From Candidatus Omnitrophota bacterium (lineage in GTDB: Bacteria; Omnitrophota; Gorgyraeia; Pluralincolimonadales; Pluralincolimonadaceae): a stretch of 51,225 nucleotides of DNA. Below, piece by piece: positions 34,948-43,920 of the stretch. Within the stretch, counting starts at the first letter, position 1. The number at the start of each line of letters is the position of its first letter. The DNA lies in contig JAQUPL010000009.1 of the NCBI GenBank assembly GCA_028716565.1, positions 1 through 51,225 on the forward strand, written 5' to 3'. Position numbers and translations under genes: made by a program. A model generated the notes under the pieces. The model was not told the DNA's origin. It did not search any database and saw nothing but the letters and a program-made list of their open reading frames with translations.

Positions 34948-35271
34948 TCAGCTCTCCTTCACCGCGCGCAGCTCTATGCTATAACCACCATCGAGCCCCT
35001 CCCATATGGCCGCCGACATCTTTTTTCTCTCAGTAGAATATACCGGCGTCAGCGGGCCGGCCCGCTTAAGGTCAAGGTACGTTACCAGCTGCGCCAGATC
35101 ATCGAGGGTATTAATCGCCATTTCTCTTTTTTTAACACTGCATGGTGTCTCCGGAAATTTCAGTGTGCGCGGGTCCTCTTCCATAACATCGACAAAACCT
35201 GTTCCATGACAAAAGTTACATACGTTTATAATTTTCCCTGTTCCGTGGCATAACGGACATTGTTTCAGCAT
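34948..35271 (-). CDS. DnaJ-type CxxCxGxG zinc-finger protein
   Basis: CPLCHGTG and CNFCHGTG. Confidence 0.65.
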   Translation of the reverse strand: MLKQCPLCHGTGKIINVCNFCHGTGFVDVMEEDPRTLKFPETPCSVKKREMAINTLDDLAQLVTYLDLKRAGPLTPVYSTERKKMSAAIWEGLDGGYSIELRAVKES

Positions 35272-35386
35272 TACGTTAACCTCCTATTTATCCAACACCA
35301 GGTCCACGCCAGGCCATAAAGCGCCAGGCCGACGACCGCAACTACCATACACACAACGCATATAGCCAGCCAGCGCAGGTCCTCCT

Positions 35387-36100
35387 TCATACTATCGGCC
35401 ACTCCTGTCTCAGGCTATCGACACCAAGGAGCGGCTTCAGGTTATCTTTCAAAAAGAGCGCTACACTCTCGTTATCGGTAGCATGGAAGATCTCGAGGAC
35501 GCTTTCCTTAGACGGCGGCCTATAAGGCTGCGTCTGGGCTCCTATAATTATCCAGGATATCCGGCCCAGCGCAAGCGCCGTGCCGAACCAGTCCATCTGT
35601 GTATGCTTGTCCCACTTCAAAAGAGGCTCGAGGCTCAGGAACTTCACCGGGGCGACTACCGACGCGAGCTCCGCGCAGGCCGTCAGCAGCTCGTCCTCAC
35701 ACGTCACACTAACGCCGACCCAGCAGTTATCCGGGAAAGGGGACCAGCGGTTTAGGTTTTGAGATTGCTTTGTGAGAGTGATAAATGTCTGATCCGGACA
35801 TTTCTTGACGGTCCTTAAAACTTCATAGGTCCAATTCTCGTAATTATCCGCGTAAAGCTCTCCCATGGAGCACACGAATATCTTTCGACCTTTTTCCTTG
35901 AGGTAGAAAGGGGCCGTCAGTCTGTCTACATGTATGGTCGGCTCGAAGCCGCTGGGGAAGGAAGGAGTACCACGGAAGCGCTCTGCGATCCGCCTGGCGT
36001 AGCAATAAGGGCAGCCGTTAGTGCAACCGGTGATGGGGTTCCAGGTGCAGTCACACCACTCGATTTTTGTCCTATTTATCCCGCGTGGTAAAGAACGCAT
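35387..36100 (-). CDS. DUF5131 / phage Gp37-Gp68 family (radical-SAM-like)
   Basis: TKIEWCDCTWNPITGCTNGCPYCYA, IFVCSMGEL, LTKQ, FLSLEPLL, WIIIGAQT. Confidence 0.9.
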   Translation of the reverse strand: MRSLPRGINRTKIEWCDCTWNPITGCTNGCPYCYARRIAERFRGTPSFPSGFEPTIHVDRLTAPFYLKEKGRKIFVCSMGELYADNYENWTYEVLRTVKKCPDQTFITLTKQSQNLNRWSPFPDNCWVGVSVTCEDELLTACAELASVVAPVKFLSLEPLLKWDKHTQMDWFGTALALGRISWIIIGAQTQPYRPPSKESVLEIFHATDNESVALFLKDNLKPLLGVDSLRQEWPIV

Positions 36101-36333
36101 TAAGTCTCTTCCCTTCTGAAGTCGTGTGAAGTCGCATACCTATCGAGATCGTCCTGAGCTTCCTTTTCTGTTGCCCGGATCGGCAGCGCTTGGCTCTTTA
36201 GCCGGTGCGTGCCTTTCGTGTATGGGTGCTTTTGATATAGCGTCATCCACTTGTCATCCCTGCAGCTGATTCCTGTACTTACAAAAACGAGTCTGGGTGG
36301 ATTCTCTGGGGTGTAATATCTAATTCCTACCAT
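36100..36333 (-). CDS. hypothetical protein
   Basis: SD GGGAGG; first gene after the divergent promoter. Confidence 0.5.
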   Translation of the reverse strand: MVGIRYYTPENPPRLVFVSTGISCRDDKWMTLYQKHPYTKGTHRLKSQALPIRATEKEAQDDLDRYATSHDFRREET

Positions 36334-36349
36334 AGTAGCCTCCCTTCAC

Positions 36350-36389
36350 TTGACAAAGCCACGATACACGATTATAATCCCCTTGTCAA
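36350..36389. promoter_or_regulatory. overlapping divergent sigma70 promoters
   Basis: Plus TTGACA(36350)-N17-TATAAT(36373); minus TTGACA(36389)-N17-TATCGT(36366). Confidence 0.8.
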
Positions 36390-36421
36390 TATACCATTAG
36401 GTATATGAACGGGAGGCTAAA

Positions 36422-36811
36422 ATGCGGTTATTGAAACTACGAAGAAAGCTCGGTGAGTTCATGTTCCCCAACCTCACCAATATGGTTAAAACTCACGATG
36501 AGATGACTAAACTACAGGAACAACTACAATCCCTCCTTAGTGAGATAGAGAAAGCGAAACGTGAAATTCAGGCTTCGGGTAAAGATATTATTATTAAAGG
36601 CCCAGTCGTTTTCCTCGGCAGCATCGCAGCCTGTCAGGTTAAACTCCAGCCGGAAATCCATCAGAAATTTGTGCTGGGCCAGGTAGATTTGCAATCACTT
36701 CTCTCAATGAATGGTTCTCACCAAACCGTAACCAATTCTGTATTCGAGAACGACTCTAAAAAGACGGCTTCAGTAGAAGTGTTTATGAAGGAGAAGAAAA
36801 TAGATGCTTAA
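36422..36811 (+). CDS. hypothetical protein with coiled coil
   Basis: SD GGGAGG. Confidence 0.55.
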   Translation: MRLLKLRRKLGEFMFPNLTNMVKTHDEMTKLQEQLQSLLSEIEKAKREIQASGKDIIIKGPVVFLGSIAACQVKLQPEIHQKFVLGQVDLQSLLSMNGSHQTVTNSVFENDSKKTASVEVFMKEKKIDA

Positions 36812-37098
36812 CAACATGAATATCAACAGACTGAAACTCGCTATGATCCTCCTCCGCTTCCATGTGATAAAGTCTTTTGAGTTGGCCGAAACCGGAGAGA
36901 TCCGTTTTATCTGGCCGTGGATGTGGTAGAATACAAACGGGAGGCAGGTAATGGAAGAGAACAAAGATAAAGCCACTGGTAAGGGAGAACCGGACAACCT
37001 GGCGGACCGCGCCGCGGACATTCTGGACAATGTAGAGCGTTCCGGGATAATATCTACAGGGAAGCAATTTTTGCGATCGTTAGGTAGGTTGTTCGGTA

Positions 37099-37491
37099 AT
37101 GGCGAAGAAGAAACCACGAAGGACTAAAATCGACGACGTAAGCGACGGGCTGAAGATCTTCAACGATTTTATCGATTCTTTAACAAAGAACGCGCCGCAG
37201 ATCGCCGATACCATGCAGCGGATCTTCAACTCCTTCGGCGCTCCCGCGCAGGAGCAGCTGCCGCCTCCTTATGAGCGCCGCTTTAATATCATACCGCCGG
37301 CGCCGCCGGCATCGATATCGCCATACGAGCTCTTCGGGCTGCGGCCCGACGCTCCCCAGGACACTTTCAAACAGCGTTACCGGGACCTTATGAAGATATA
37401 CCACCCGGACACCGGCACGCAGAACGACGCCATGGCCAAGCGGTTAAACGCCGCATGGGAGATGATAAGGAAAGATAAAGGCTGGACGTAA
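37099..37491 (+). CDS. C-terminal J-domain (DnaJ-like) protein
   Basis: SPYELFGL..FKQRYRDLMKIYHPD..AKRLNAAWE. Confidence 0.85.
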   Translation: MAKKKPRRTKIDDVSDGLKIFNDFIDSLTKNAPQIADTMQRIFNSFGAPAQEQLPPPYERRFNIIPPAPPASISPYELFGLRPDAPQDTFKQRYRDLMKIYHPDTGTQNDAMAKRLNAAWEMIRKDKGWT

Positions 37492-37937
37492 TGCCGAAGA
37501 AAACTTTAAAACAACTTCTGTATGAGGTTGATCCGGATCTTAACATCGTTTCGAATTCCCAGCACCGGCACGGATCAGGTGCGTTCCCCCTGCCGCCATC
37601 CGTCCAGGAGCTCTATAACATCGCCGAGGCCCAGGAGAAGCGCCTTGAGCGCGTAGAGCGCATACTGAAGTTGATACCTGAGAATGTTATAGAAGAGATC
37701 GATACCCAGGGCGAAGACGACCTTTCTGGAGAAGAGCCGCAGCGCATTCTCGCGCAGTTGCGATCTCTGGAAGAGCGCAAGGGGATCACTATACACAATA
37801 GGATAAAGATTAGTAACGTGGTGCTTTCTATTATAAATAACGACTGCCGGTGCCTGAGACCTGAGAGCTTCGGGCGCATCTGCCCATGCGACGATCCGTT
37901 GGCCAACGGCTGCAATTTTTTTAATCCTCGGAGGTAG
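37491..37937 (+). CDS. coiled-coil protein with ferredoxin:thioredoxin-reductase-like Cys cluster
   Basis: CRC-x10-CPC-x7-C-x-FF resembles the FTR catalytic chain CPC..CPC..CHC.LF. Confidence 0.4.
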   Translation: MPKKTLKQLLYEVDPDLNIVSNSQHRHGSGAFPLPPSVQELYNIAEAQEKRLERVERILKLIPENVIEEIDTQGEDDLSGEEPQRILAQLRSLEERKGITIHNRIKISNVVLSIINNDCRCLRPESFGRICPCDDPLANGCNFFNPRR

Positions 37938-38427
37938 GTTGTTCTTCGGCCTGGTCCTCCGGCGGCAGATCGCACGTGATAACCACAACTTGCTGCTCTT
38001 CATCGATACCCAGCTTACACGTTTTCCCATTGTATTTCGCTGTGGGCACCGCGTCGACGCCGGCCTCGCCGATCTCCCGGAATCCTTCGTCGCTCGTCAC
38101 GTCAATGAGGTCGACCGGGACATCACCCTCGATATTGGACTCAAACCGGCCCTTATTGAGCAGATCTACCGCCTGGTGGCACGAATCGCAATGAGGTGAA
38201 TGATAAACCTTGATTACCTTCTTCTCAGACATAGCCTCCCCTTTCCGCTGCTTATAAAACTCAGGGACACACGTATTCATCTTTTCAAGCAGCTCGCTTC
38301 TGGTCATCCCTTTACGGATCCCGCAGGCCTCCGCGGCGTCCTTCATCAACTTCTGTTGGGAAGTTAGCTCGTAGCTAGACGGCAGCCTGTGTACAGAAAA
38401 TCCCTTTTTACCTCTTGTCTCACTCAC
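37921..38427 (-). CDS. small helical domain fused in frame to a glutaredoxin/thioredoxin-like CxxC domain
   Basis: IKVYHSPHCDSCH..AGVDAVPT; internal SD GGGGAGG before MSEKK. Confidence 0.65.
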   Translation of the reverse strand: MSETRGKKGFSVHRLPSSYELTSQQKLMKDAAEACGIRKGMTRSELLEKMNTCVPEFYKQRKGEAMSEKKVIKVYHSPHCDSCHQAVDLLNKGRFESNIEGDVPVDLIDVTSDEGFREIGEAGVDAVPTAKYNGKTCKLGIDEEQQVVVITCDLPPEDQAEEQPTSED

Positions 38428-38433
38428 GACATC

Positions 38434-38461
38434 ATTATAACAAAATAAGACGAGGGGTCAA
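38434..38461 (-). promoter_or_regulatory. sigma70-type promoter embedded in a hairpin, likely leaderless transcript
   Basis: TTGACC-N16-TATAAT; predicted start site coincides with the GTG at 38427. Confidence 0.45.
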
Positions 38462-38475
38462 ACCCCTCGTCTTAT
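38442..38475 (-). terminator. 13-bp hairpin / terminator
   Basis: ATAAGACGAGGGG/CCCCTCGTCTTAT. Confidence 0.65.
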
Positions 38476-38506
38476 GTCCTATTCTACTGCCTCACCGGCT
38501 GTCTAT

Positions 38507-38749
38507 TTAAAACTTGCCCGGGATGCAGGTGCGCATCGCTGTTACCAGCGCGGCGCGGCTCATGCCTTTCTTGATCCCGCAAGCGGCAGCGGCGTCGCGG
38601 ACCTTCCGCTGGGCCGAGTTGATGGGATAGGGCTTCGGGTTTGCAGCGATAACCATTCCGGCATGCTGCTTGGTCATAATGCCCTCGAGTTTATGTGCCC
38701 TGGGGCGGGACTTCAGATAACCAACGGACCTGAAACTTGTGATTATCAT
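38507..38749 (-). CDS. small basic protein paralogous to the N-terminus of 37921..38427
   Basis: DAAAACGIKKGMSRAALVTAMRTCIP versus DAAEACGIRKGMTRSELLEKMNTCVP. Confidence 0.65.
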   Translation of the reverse strand: MIITSFRSVGYLKSRPRAHKLEGIMTKQHAGMVIAANPKPYPINSAQRKVRDAAAACGIKKGMSRAALVTAMRTCIPGKF

Positions 38750-38822
38750 TAGAGCGCTCCTTCTTTTATTTACTCCTGTAACCCCGGAGTGGTGGTGGCC
38801 TTATGCCTAGATGGCCGTCTGC

Positions 38823-39068
38823 CTACCCGACCTTTACACCGCCATTATCCTGTACTTCGCTGTGAATGTCAATACAGTTCCACGCCTTGCATCTTTTACA
38901 CTTCACCACCATACAGCCATCGATAATAGCGTAAAGCGCCAGGACCCGCCTGCAACCGCCGCACTTGAATTCCACCAGGGGTATATTCAGTTTATCCGGA
39001 GCTTCTATCTTTACTACCTGCGCGCTTGCTGCTTCTACTATAACGTCTGATTTCTTCTCATCTCCCAC
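38823..39068 (-). CDS. Mu Com-like zinc-ribbon regulator
   Basis: FKCGGCRRVLA..VVKCKRCKAWN. Confidence 0.65.
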   Translation of the reverse strand: MGDEKKSDVIVEAASAQVVKIEAPDKLNIPLVEFKCGGCRRVLALYAIIDGCMVVKCKRCKAWNCIDIHSEVQDNGGVKVG

Positions 39069-39070
39069 GT

Positions 39071-39106
39071 TAGCCTCCTTTAGCTATGTAGCCTCCTTTA
39101 GCTATG
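39071..39106. repeat. 18-bp tandem duplication of stop + SD
   Basis: TAGCCTCCTTTAGCTATG x2. Confidence 0.85.
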
Positions 39107-39769
39107 TGCCAGCTGCATGCCGAAAACCTGCATCCTGTAACCCTCGCGCAACTTCTTGACATCGGCGGCCAGCTGCAGCAGATCGTCCGGGGATTGCAGG
39201 TCGCTGAGCCGGTGCCTGATGGTCCTGGAGTCCTGAGTCATGGCGGAGATGATATACTGCTCTTCCTCCGGGAGCGCCGCTATCTTATCCGGGGCGGCGT
39301 CGACGCGCTCGAAAGCGTTGAGCTCGTCCTCCGCCAGGCTGATCCGCTTGACTACCTCGGGATCGGCAATATCGGAGGACCGTGCGAAGCGCATAGCCTC
39401 CGCCAGGAGACCGCTCACTGTGGAAAAATGGTCATTACCGCACGGAATGCACGCGCGGCCAGCGGCGCTAAGCTGTGACGTGCCGGCGTGGGGTGCGGTG
39501 TCATCTTCAAACCCGGGCGCCGGCGCGGGCCCGGCCATAGCGGACACGGCGGCGTCGATCGGTTTTTTACCACGGATAATATTAAGGCCGAACTCTTCGT
39601 TTAGATCGCCGCCGTTGACGGCCTGCTCCACCTTCGCGGCATGTTCGATCGCAGAGTCGTACATCTTTAAACTGGCACGATTTCTCGCCCGGACGGTAAA
39701 CTCAGTTATGATGGTATCTATGCCCATACCCAGGACATTTACACAGAACTTAACTATTGAAGGATGCAT
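39098..39769 (-). CDS. helical hypothetical protein with CIPC motif
   Basis: SD GGGAGGT before ATG 39769. Confidence 0.6.
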   Translation of the reverse strand: MHPSIVKFCVNVLGMGIDTIITEFTVRARNRASLKMYDSAIEHAAKVEQAVNGGDLNEEFGLNIIRGKKPIDAAVSAMAGPAPAPGFEDDTAPHAGTSQLSAAGRACIPCGNDHFSTVSGLLAEAMRFARSSDIADPEVVKRISLAEDELNAFERVDAAPDKIAALPEEEQYIISAMTQDSRTIRHRLSDLQSPDDLLQLAADVKKLREGYRMQVFGMQLAHS

Positions 39770-39834
39770 TTTATACCTCCCGAAGCCTCTTTGAACATAG
39801 CATAAAACCACAGCCTGGTCAAGGCCGCAGGGGG

Positions 39835-40300
39835 TGTGCATAATATGTGCATAACTCTGTGCAAAACTCCCGGAAGGCTTTTCACCCAAAAACTTTTACA
39901 CAGTCCACCCGGGCCCCTGAGTTATATTTCTGCACAAACTCTGCACAAACTCTGCACATTTTTAAGTAACTTATGCACATATTATGCACTTCGTGTGGTT
40001 CGCACTATGTTGTTTTTTTTCTAAACTACGATTGTGGTTCGCACTATGTTGTTTTGCTATATCTTCGTAAAATGGCTATTTTTGTTACCAAAAATCTTAT
40101 AGACATAAAGTAGTATAATATGTAAAGTTATAATCGTGAGAACTCCATTACATAATATTTTCCACCAACCACAACACCAAACCCCTTATTATTATGACTT
40201 ACATTTCATGTTATATATCGCTATCTGATACTTCGTAATTGTAATGTAGTGCTAATAACAGGGGGTGTGCATAACTTAAAAAACTGGTAAAACTTGACAA
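39835..40300. other. putative replication origin (box cluster + AT-rich region)
   Basis: Five exact TTATGCAC plus four TGCACA variants, mostly at 11-bp pitch; 23-nt direct repeat (39994, 40033); AT-rich; point of gene divergence. Confidence 0.7.
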
Positions 40301-40322
40301 ATTTAATCTAACTGTTTATTCT
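40294..40322 (+). promoter_or_regulatory. sigma70-type promoter, box at 40266-40274 just upstream
   Basis: TTGACA-N17-TATTCT, then SD AAAGGAGG. Confidence 0.75.
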
Positions 40323-40346
40323 GTTGCCAGTGAAAGGAGGCTAATC

Positions 40347-41009
40347 ATGACGAAAGTTAATGTGCTCCCCGGGCCTTCAAACCCCTCAAAAGAAGAAAAC
40401 CTCAAATTTATTGAGTCTGGCGCCAGCCAAAATAAAAGGAGCCAAAAAAGTAGTCTCAAAAAGGAGCCAGAAATAACTCCAGAGCGTATACTTGTATGGC
40501 GGTGTTTATGCAACGCCGAAAGCGACAGGTTCGGCAAGGACTACATAGCTCACATCAGGGAAGCAAAAGAAAAAGGCGAGAAGGATAAGCATAAATGGCG
40601 GCTGGTCGACGCCGAAACAGGAGAGGTTCTGGCCGACAATATGCGGCAGGCGAACCTCCTCGGTCTATCCGCCACGAAAGTAGCTCACCCCCCCCAGCTC
40701 GCCTGGGGCAGCGGCCAGAAGAATAAAGATGAGGATAAAGAGGAAAAACCTGACTGGAAGCCGAGATCGCCGCTTGTCGCAAAGTGGGTCGCGGCCACCG
40801 ATGAGCTGCCCGCGGAGCTCCTCCTTCTTTATAAACTATTCTGTGATAGATGCGTAGCCATGGGTATGGAGCCGCCCAGCCGCGGAGAGTGGATAACGCA
40901 GACAATAACACAGTTTTACCTGGAACACGCCAAAGACTTCGACCTAAGAGGGATGGCCGGCGAGTTTTGCGTTAAAGTATGTGGAGGCAGTGAGAATGGA
41001 CAAAGATAA
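40347..41009 (+). CDS. hypothetical protein, first gene after the origin
   Basis: Strong SD; 220 aa. Confidence 0.65.
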   Translation: MTKVNVLPGPSNPSKEENLKFIESGASQNKRSQKSSLKKEPEITPERILVWRCLCNAESDRFGKDYIAHIREAKEKGEKDKHKWRLVDAETGEVLADNMRQANLLGLSATKVAHPPQLAWGSGQKNKDEDKEEKPDWKPRSPLVAKWVAATDELPAELLLLYKLFCDRCVAMGMEPPSRGEWITQTITQFYLEHAKDFDLRGMAGEFCVKVCGGSENGQR

Positions 41010-42201
41010 TAAAAAAGCTACAGTGAGTGATGTTATACCCTTCAGGCCGGTAGGCGGCGATAGCAGCGATCAGCCGGCACTAAAAAAGAAGGTAACCGCC
41101 GATGATATATTGGCGAGCCTAAACGAACAACTTGAGATAGCAAAGATCGGTAAGATCGGGCAGGCGATGGGCGCGTTTGATTCGCCTTATTCTAATAGAG
41201 TGGCGTCGTCGGTCGGAGAGAATAACCTCGAGCAGCTGGCAAAAGTCGGCAATATGCTCGGTATCGACTTTACCAAAATAAGCGAGATAAGGCAGAGGGA
41301 AACCGAGGCTTTGCGCTCCGAGTTGGATCAAGAACGACGGGCTAACCTCGAGATGAGGTTAGGCACCATCGACAGCGTAGTGGCTCGCATGTACGAGACT
41401 ATGCAGGCCTTCGTTAAGAGCCAGAATGAGGCTAGAAACAATTCCGGGGCGTCCGGGTTGTTTGGCCTGGCCGACCAGGTAACAGGTAACGCCTTGACCA
41501 CGGCAGCGGTCAATAAGCTACTTAACCTGGATCAGGCGGCTACAAAACCCAAGGATCCGGTAGATGAGATATTAGACAGATTATCGCTTGGAGATAGGTT
41601 AAAGAGAGCTTTAGGGGTTGAAGAGCCGCAGCGCACGGCTTTGGATCCCAGTAGTATAGCCAGTATAGGCCGGCTTGAGGTCGCCCGTCTATTATTAGAC
41701 GATGACCGAGAACGTGAAAGAATGAGACAGACCCAGGATTTACAGAAGATGAAGATGGAGAAGCTCGGCAGCTTCTTCGAGATGGTGCAGAGTTATATGC
41801 CTGATATACTTGCAGCGGTCTCTCCAAAAAGGGGCGGCGAAAAAGATGAGGGTGAAGAAACATCTACTGATGTGACGGCGCCGCGGCCTGCCCCGCGCCC
41901 TCAGCCTAAAAGGTCTTCAGTGAAACATCAGGAGCCGCCATCTGAACCAGACCGCGCCCAAGCTGTGGTAGCAACCAAGAATACACCGCTCCCTGAGCAA
42001 TTTATTATCGAAGAAGTAGCCTGTCCACACCCGGGCTGCGGTAAGCCGTTAAAATTCCCTGTAAATATACCTGCCGGCTATGGTGTTGTTTGCCCCCACT
42101 GTAATCGGGATGTCGTAAAAGGTCCGGACGCCGAAGCGCCGGTAGACGACAGCGCACCGGATCAGGCCGATGAAAGCAAAGAAAAAGACAGAAAGGGGTA
42201 G
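40996..42201 (+). CDS. long coiled-coil protein with C-terminal zinc ribbon (possible internal virion/scaffold protein)
   Basis: SD GGAGG; heptads; CPHPGC..CPHC. Confidence 0.6.
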   Translation: MDKDNKKATVSDVIPFRPVGGDSSDQPALKKKVTADDILASLNEQLEIAKIGKIGQAMGAFDSPYSNRVASSVGENNLEQLAKVGNMLGIDFTKISEIRQRETEALRSELDQERRANLEMRLGTIDSVVARMYETMQAFVKSQNEARNNSGASGLFGLADQVTGNALTTAAVNKLLNLDQAATKPKDPVDEILDRLSLGDRLKRALGVEEPQRTALDPSSIASIGRLEVARLLLDDDRERERMRQTQDLQKMKMEKLGSFFEMVQSYMPDILAAVSPKRGGEKDEGEETSTDVTAPRPAPRPQPKRSSVKHQEPPSEPDRAQAVVATKNTPLPEQFIIEEVACPHPGCGKPLKFPVNIPAGYGVVCPHCNRDVVKGPDAEAPVDDSAPDQADESKEKDRKG

Positions 42202-42210
42202 TTGACGGCC

Positions 42211-42624
42211 ATGGTATCAGAGAACAGTTTTATAACACGCCTGGTAACATCCAGGATAACAAGGCCGATAGCTGAGTTTATTGCTTACTACCTGGGCGCG
42301 CTGGAGGCGCAGGAACTCGAGAGACGTATCAATGAAGGGTGGAGTCTTGTGGATATGCTGAAACAGCGACCGCGGGAGGAGCTGCTTCTGGTGGTGGACA
42401 CGATCCTTGAAGGTTACCCGGATATCAAAAGACGAATAGATAAGTCAAGGAAAGCCGGCGCGCCGGCGGCAAAAAACAAAGGGTTGGAACTACTGGAGAA
42501 TATCAGTGTAGACAGGTTGATATTTCTGATATCGGATAAGCTGCCGGCACAGGGCGCGGTCCTTGCCAGACACCCAGGATGGGTCCAGGGTGAGCTGAAG
42601 TCCGTGGGCACTCTGTTAGTTTGA
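42211..42624 (+). CDS. helical hypothetical protein
   Basis: Operon position; 137 aa. Confidence 0.55.
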   Translation: MVSENSFITRLVTSRITRPIAEFIAYYLGALEAQELERRINEGWSLVDMLKQRPREELLLVVDTILEGYPDIKRRIDKSRKAGAPAAKNKGLELLENISVDRLIFLISDKLPAQGAVLARHPGWVQGELKSVGTLLV

Positions 42625-42650
42625 CAACAGCGGATATAAGGCGATATATT

Positions 42651-42684
42651 TAGGGCGTAGGTGATACCTTCGCCCTATTTTTTT
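42651..42684 (+). terminator. intrinsic terminator
   Basis: TAGGGCG..CGCCCTA stem followed by TTTTTTT. Confidence 0.75.
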
Positions 42685-42698
42685 ATGTTGGTGATAAG

Positions 42699-43352
42699 AT
42701 GGATTATCCTGTTTATGGCAAGCGCTTCGGTAATGAGTACCTCGATATCCGCGAATTCGTGACGCCATTTACCCCGAGCGTCCGGGACGTGCTCGCCGGG
42801 ATCAGCGCAGAGGGCGACAGGATATGGAACTGCTGGGATTGGGTATGCCATAACATTAAGTATCCGCCTTCATGTAATGATGTACAGGACTTCCACGAAA
42901 AAGTCAGCTTCCTTCGCGGCTGCCCCATCATCAGGATGCCGGTGAAACGCTCCAGTAAGATCGATGACTTCTGGGAGCTGCCGTGGGAAACGCTGGATCC
43001 ACCGCGCTACGGCGACTGTGAAGGGTCGGCAACGGTCCTTGTATCATTATTAAGAAACTTCATGCCGGAGAATGAGGTTTATTGCACCGTCGGCACTTAC
43101 ACCGGGTGGGGACACGCCTGGGTATCGATAGTACAGGGATCTAGCTTCTTTACCCTGGACACGACAATACCAGAAGCTAAAATTGAAGGAGTGAGCGCTG
43201 TGGCAGAGGGCGACCCTTACGTTCCATATATCAGGTTTAACGATAAGCTGGTTATAGAGGAGCGGGATGGGTGGCAGGACTTTTGTAACTTCCCGCGTAA
43301 TAAGCAGGCCAAGATGGATGCATTATACGCGCATTACAGGATACAAAGGTGA
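42699..43352 (+). CDS. transglutaminase-like cysteine protease fold protein
   Basis: WDWVCHNIKY, YGDCEGSA (Cys), GHAWV (His), LDTT (Asp). Confidence 0.85.
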   Translation: MDYPVYGKRFGNEYLDIREFVTPFTPSVRDVLAGISAEGDRIWNCWDWVCHNIKYPPSCNDVQDFHEKVSFLRGCPIIRMPVKRSSKIDDFWELPWETLDPPRYGDCEGSATVLVSLLRNFMPENEVYCTVGTYTGWGHAWVSIVQGSSFFTLDTTIPEAKIEGVSAVAEGDPYVPYIRFNDKLVIEERDGWQDFCNFPRNKQAKMDALYAHYRIQR

Positions 43353-43386
43353 TTATTACGCCGTAATAACGCGAGGATGGTGAGAC

Positions 43387-43920
43387 ATGAATGTATCTAT
43401 AAGCGATATGCAGGCCCCTGAGACCGCTGGTACAGGTGATGAGATTCGACCCTACTGCACCGTGCATCTGGCGGACGGCGCGCCTGCAGTAGGATTCGGG
43501 CTTGGGTGGTATGACGACGTGCAGGGCTCCCAGATTGAGTATGACGGCATAACAATCCTCAGCCCTAACCATGAGGATGAAGTATTGCGTCCCGAGGGAA
43601 GGCCGATGCCTAACACGCAGAGCGCGACTTTTAAAGTAGCCATCTTCCTCCCAATCTATAGCGACGAGCTTGGATACAGCGACCAAGAGATCGCCGAGCT
43701 GGAGGCCGCAGGGATCCTTTGGATTAGAACAGATGTAACGCAGAGTTTCACGGTGAAAAACACCGATTTTCAGGATATACCCGATGACGGTGATGAAAAT
43801 GGCGGGGAAGAGGAAGTCGATGGTAGTTTTTGGAAGAAATGGTGGATACCTGTTACCGCAGGCCTGGCGGTGGCCGCGTCCGCTATCGGCATAGGTGTGT
43901 ACCTGAAACGGAGGTCGTAA
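43387..43920 (+). CDS. beta-rich protein with C-terminal TM anchor
   Basis: Acidic linker, then WKKWWIPVTAGLAVAASAIGIGVYLKRR. Confidence 0.65.
   Translation: MNVSISDMQAPETAGTGDEIRPYCTVHLADGAPAVGFGLGWYDDVQGSQIEYDGITILSPNHEDEVLRPEGRPMPNTQSATFKVAIFLPIYSDELGYSDQEIAELEAAGILWIRTDVTQSFTVKNTDFQDIPDDGDENGGEEEVDGSFWKKWWIPVTAGLAVAASAIGIGVYLKRRS

Noticed and set aside
40098-40128. dif-like site (ATATGTAAAGT)
   Set aside because: No acceptable XerC arm at 6-8 bp spacing; the region is simply AT-rich
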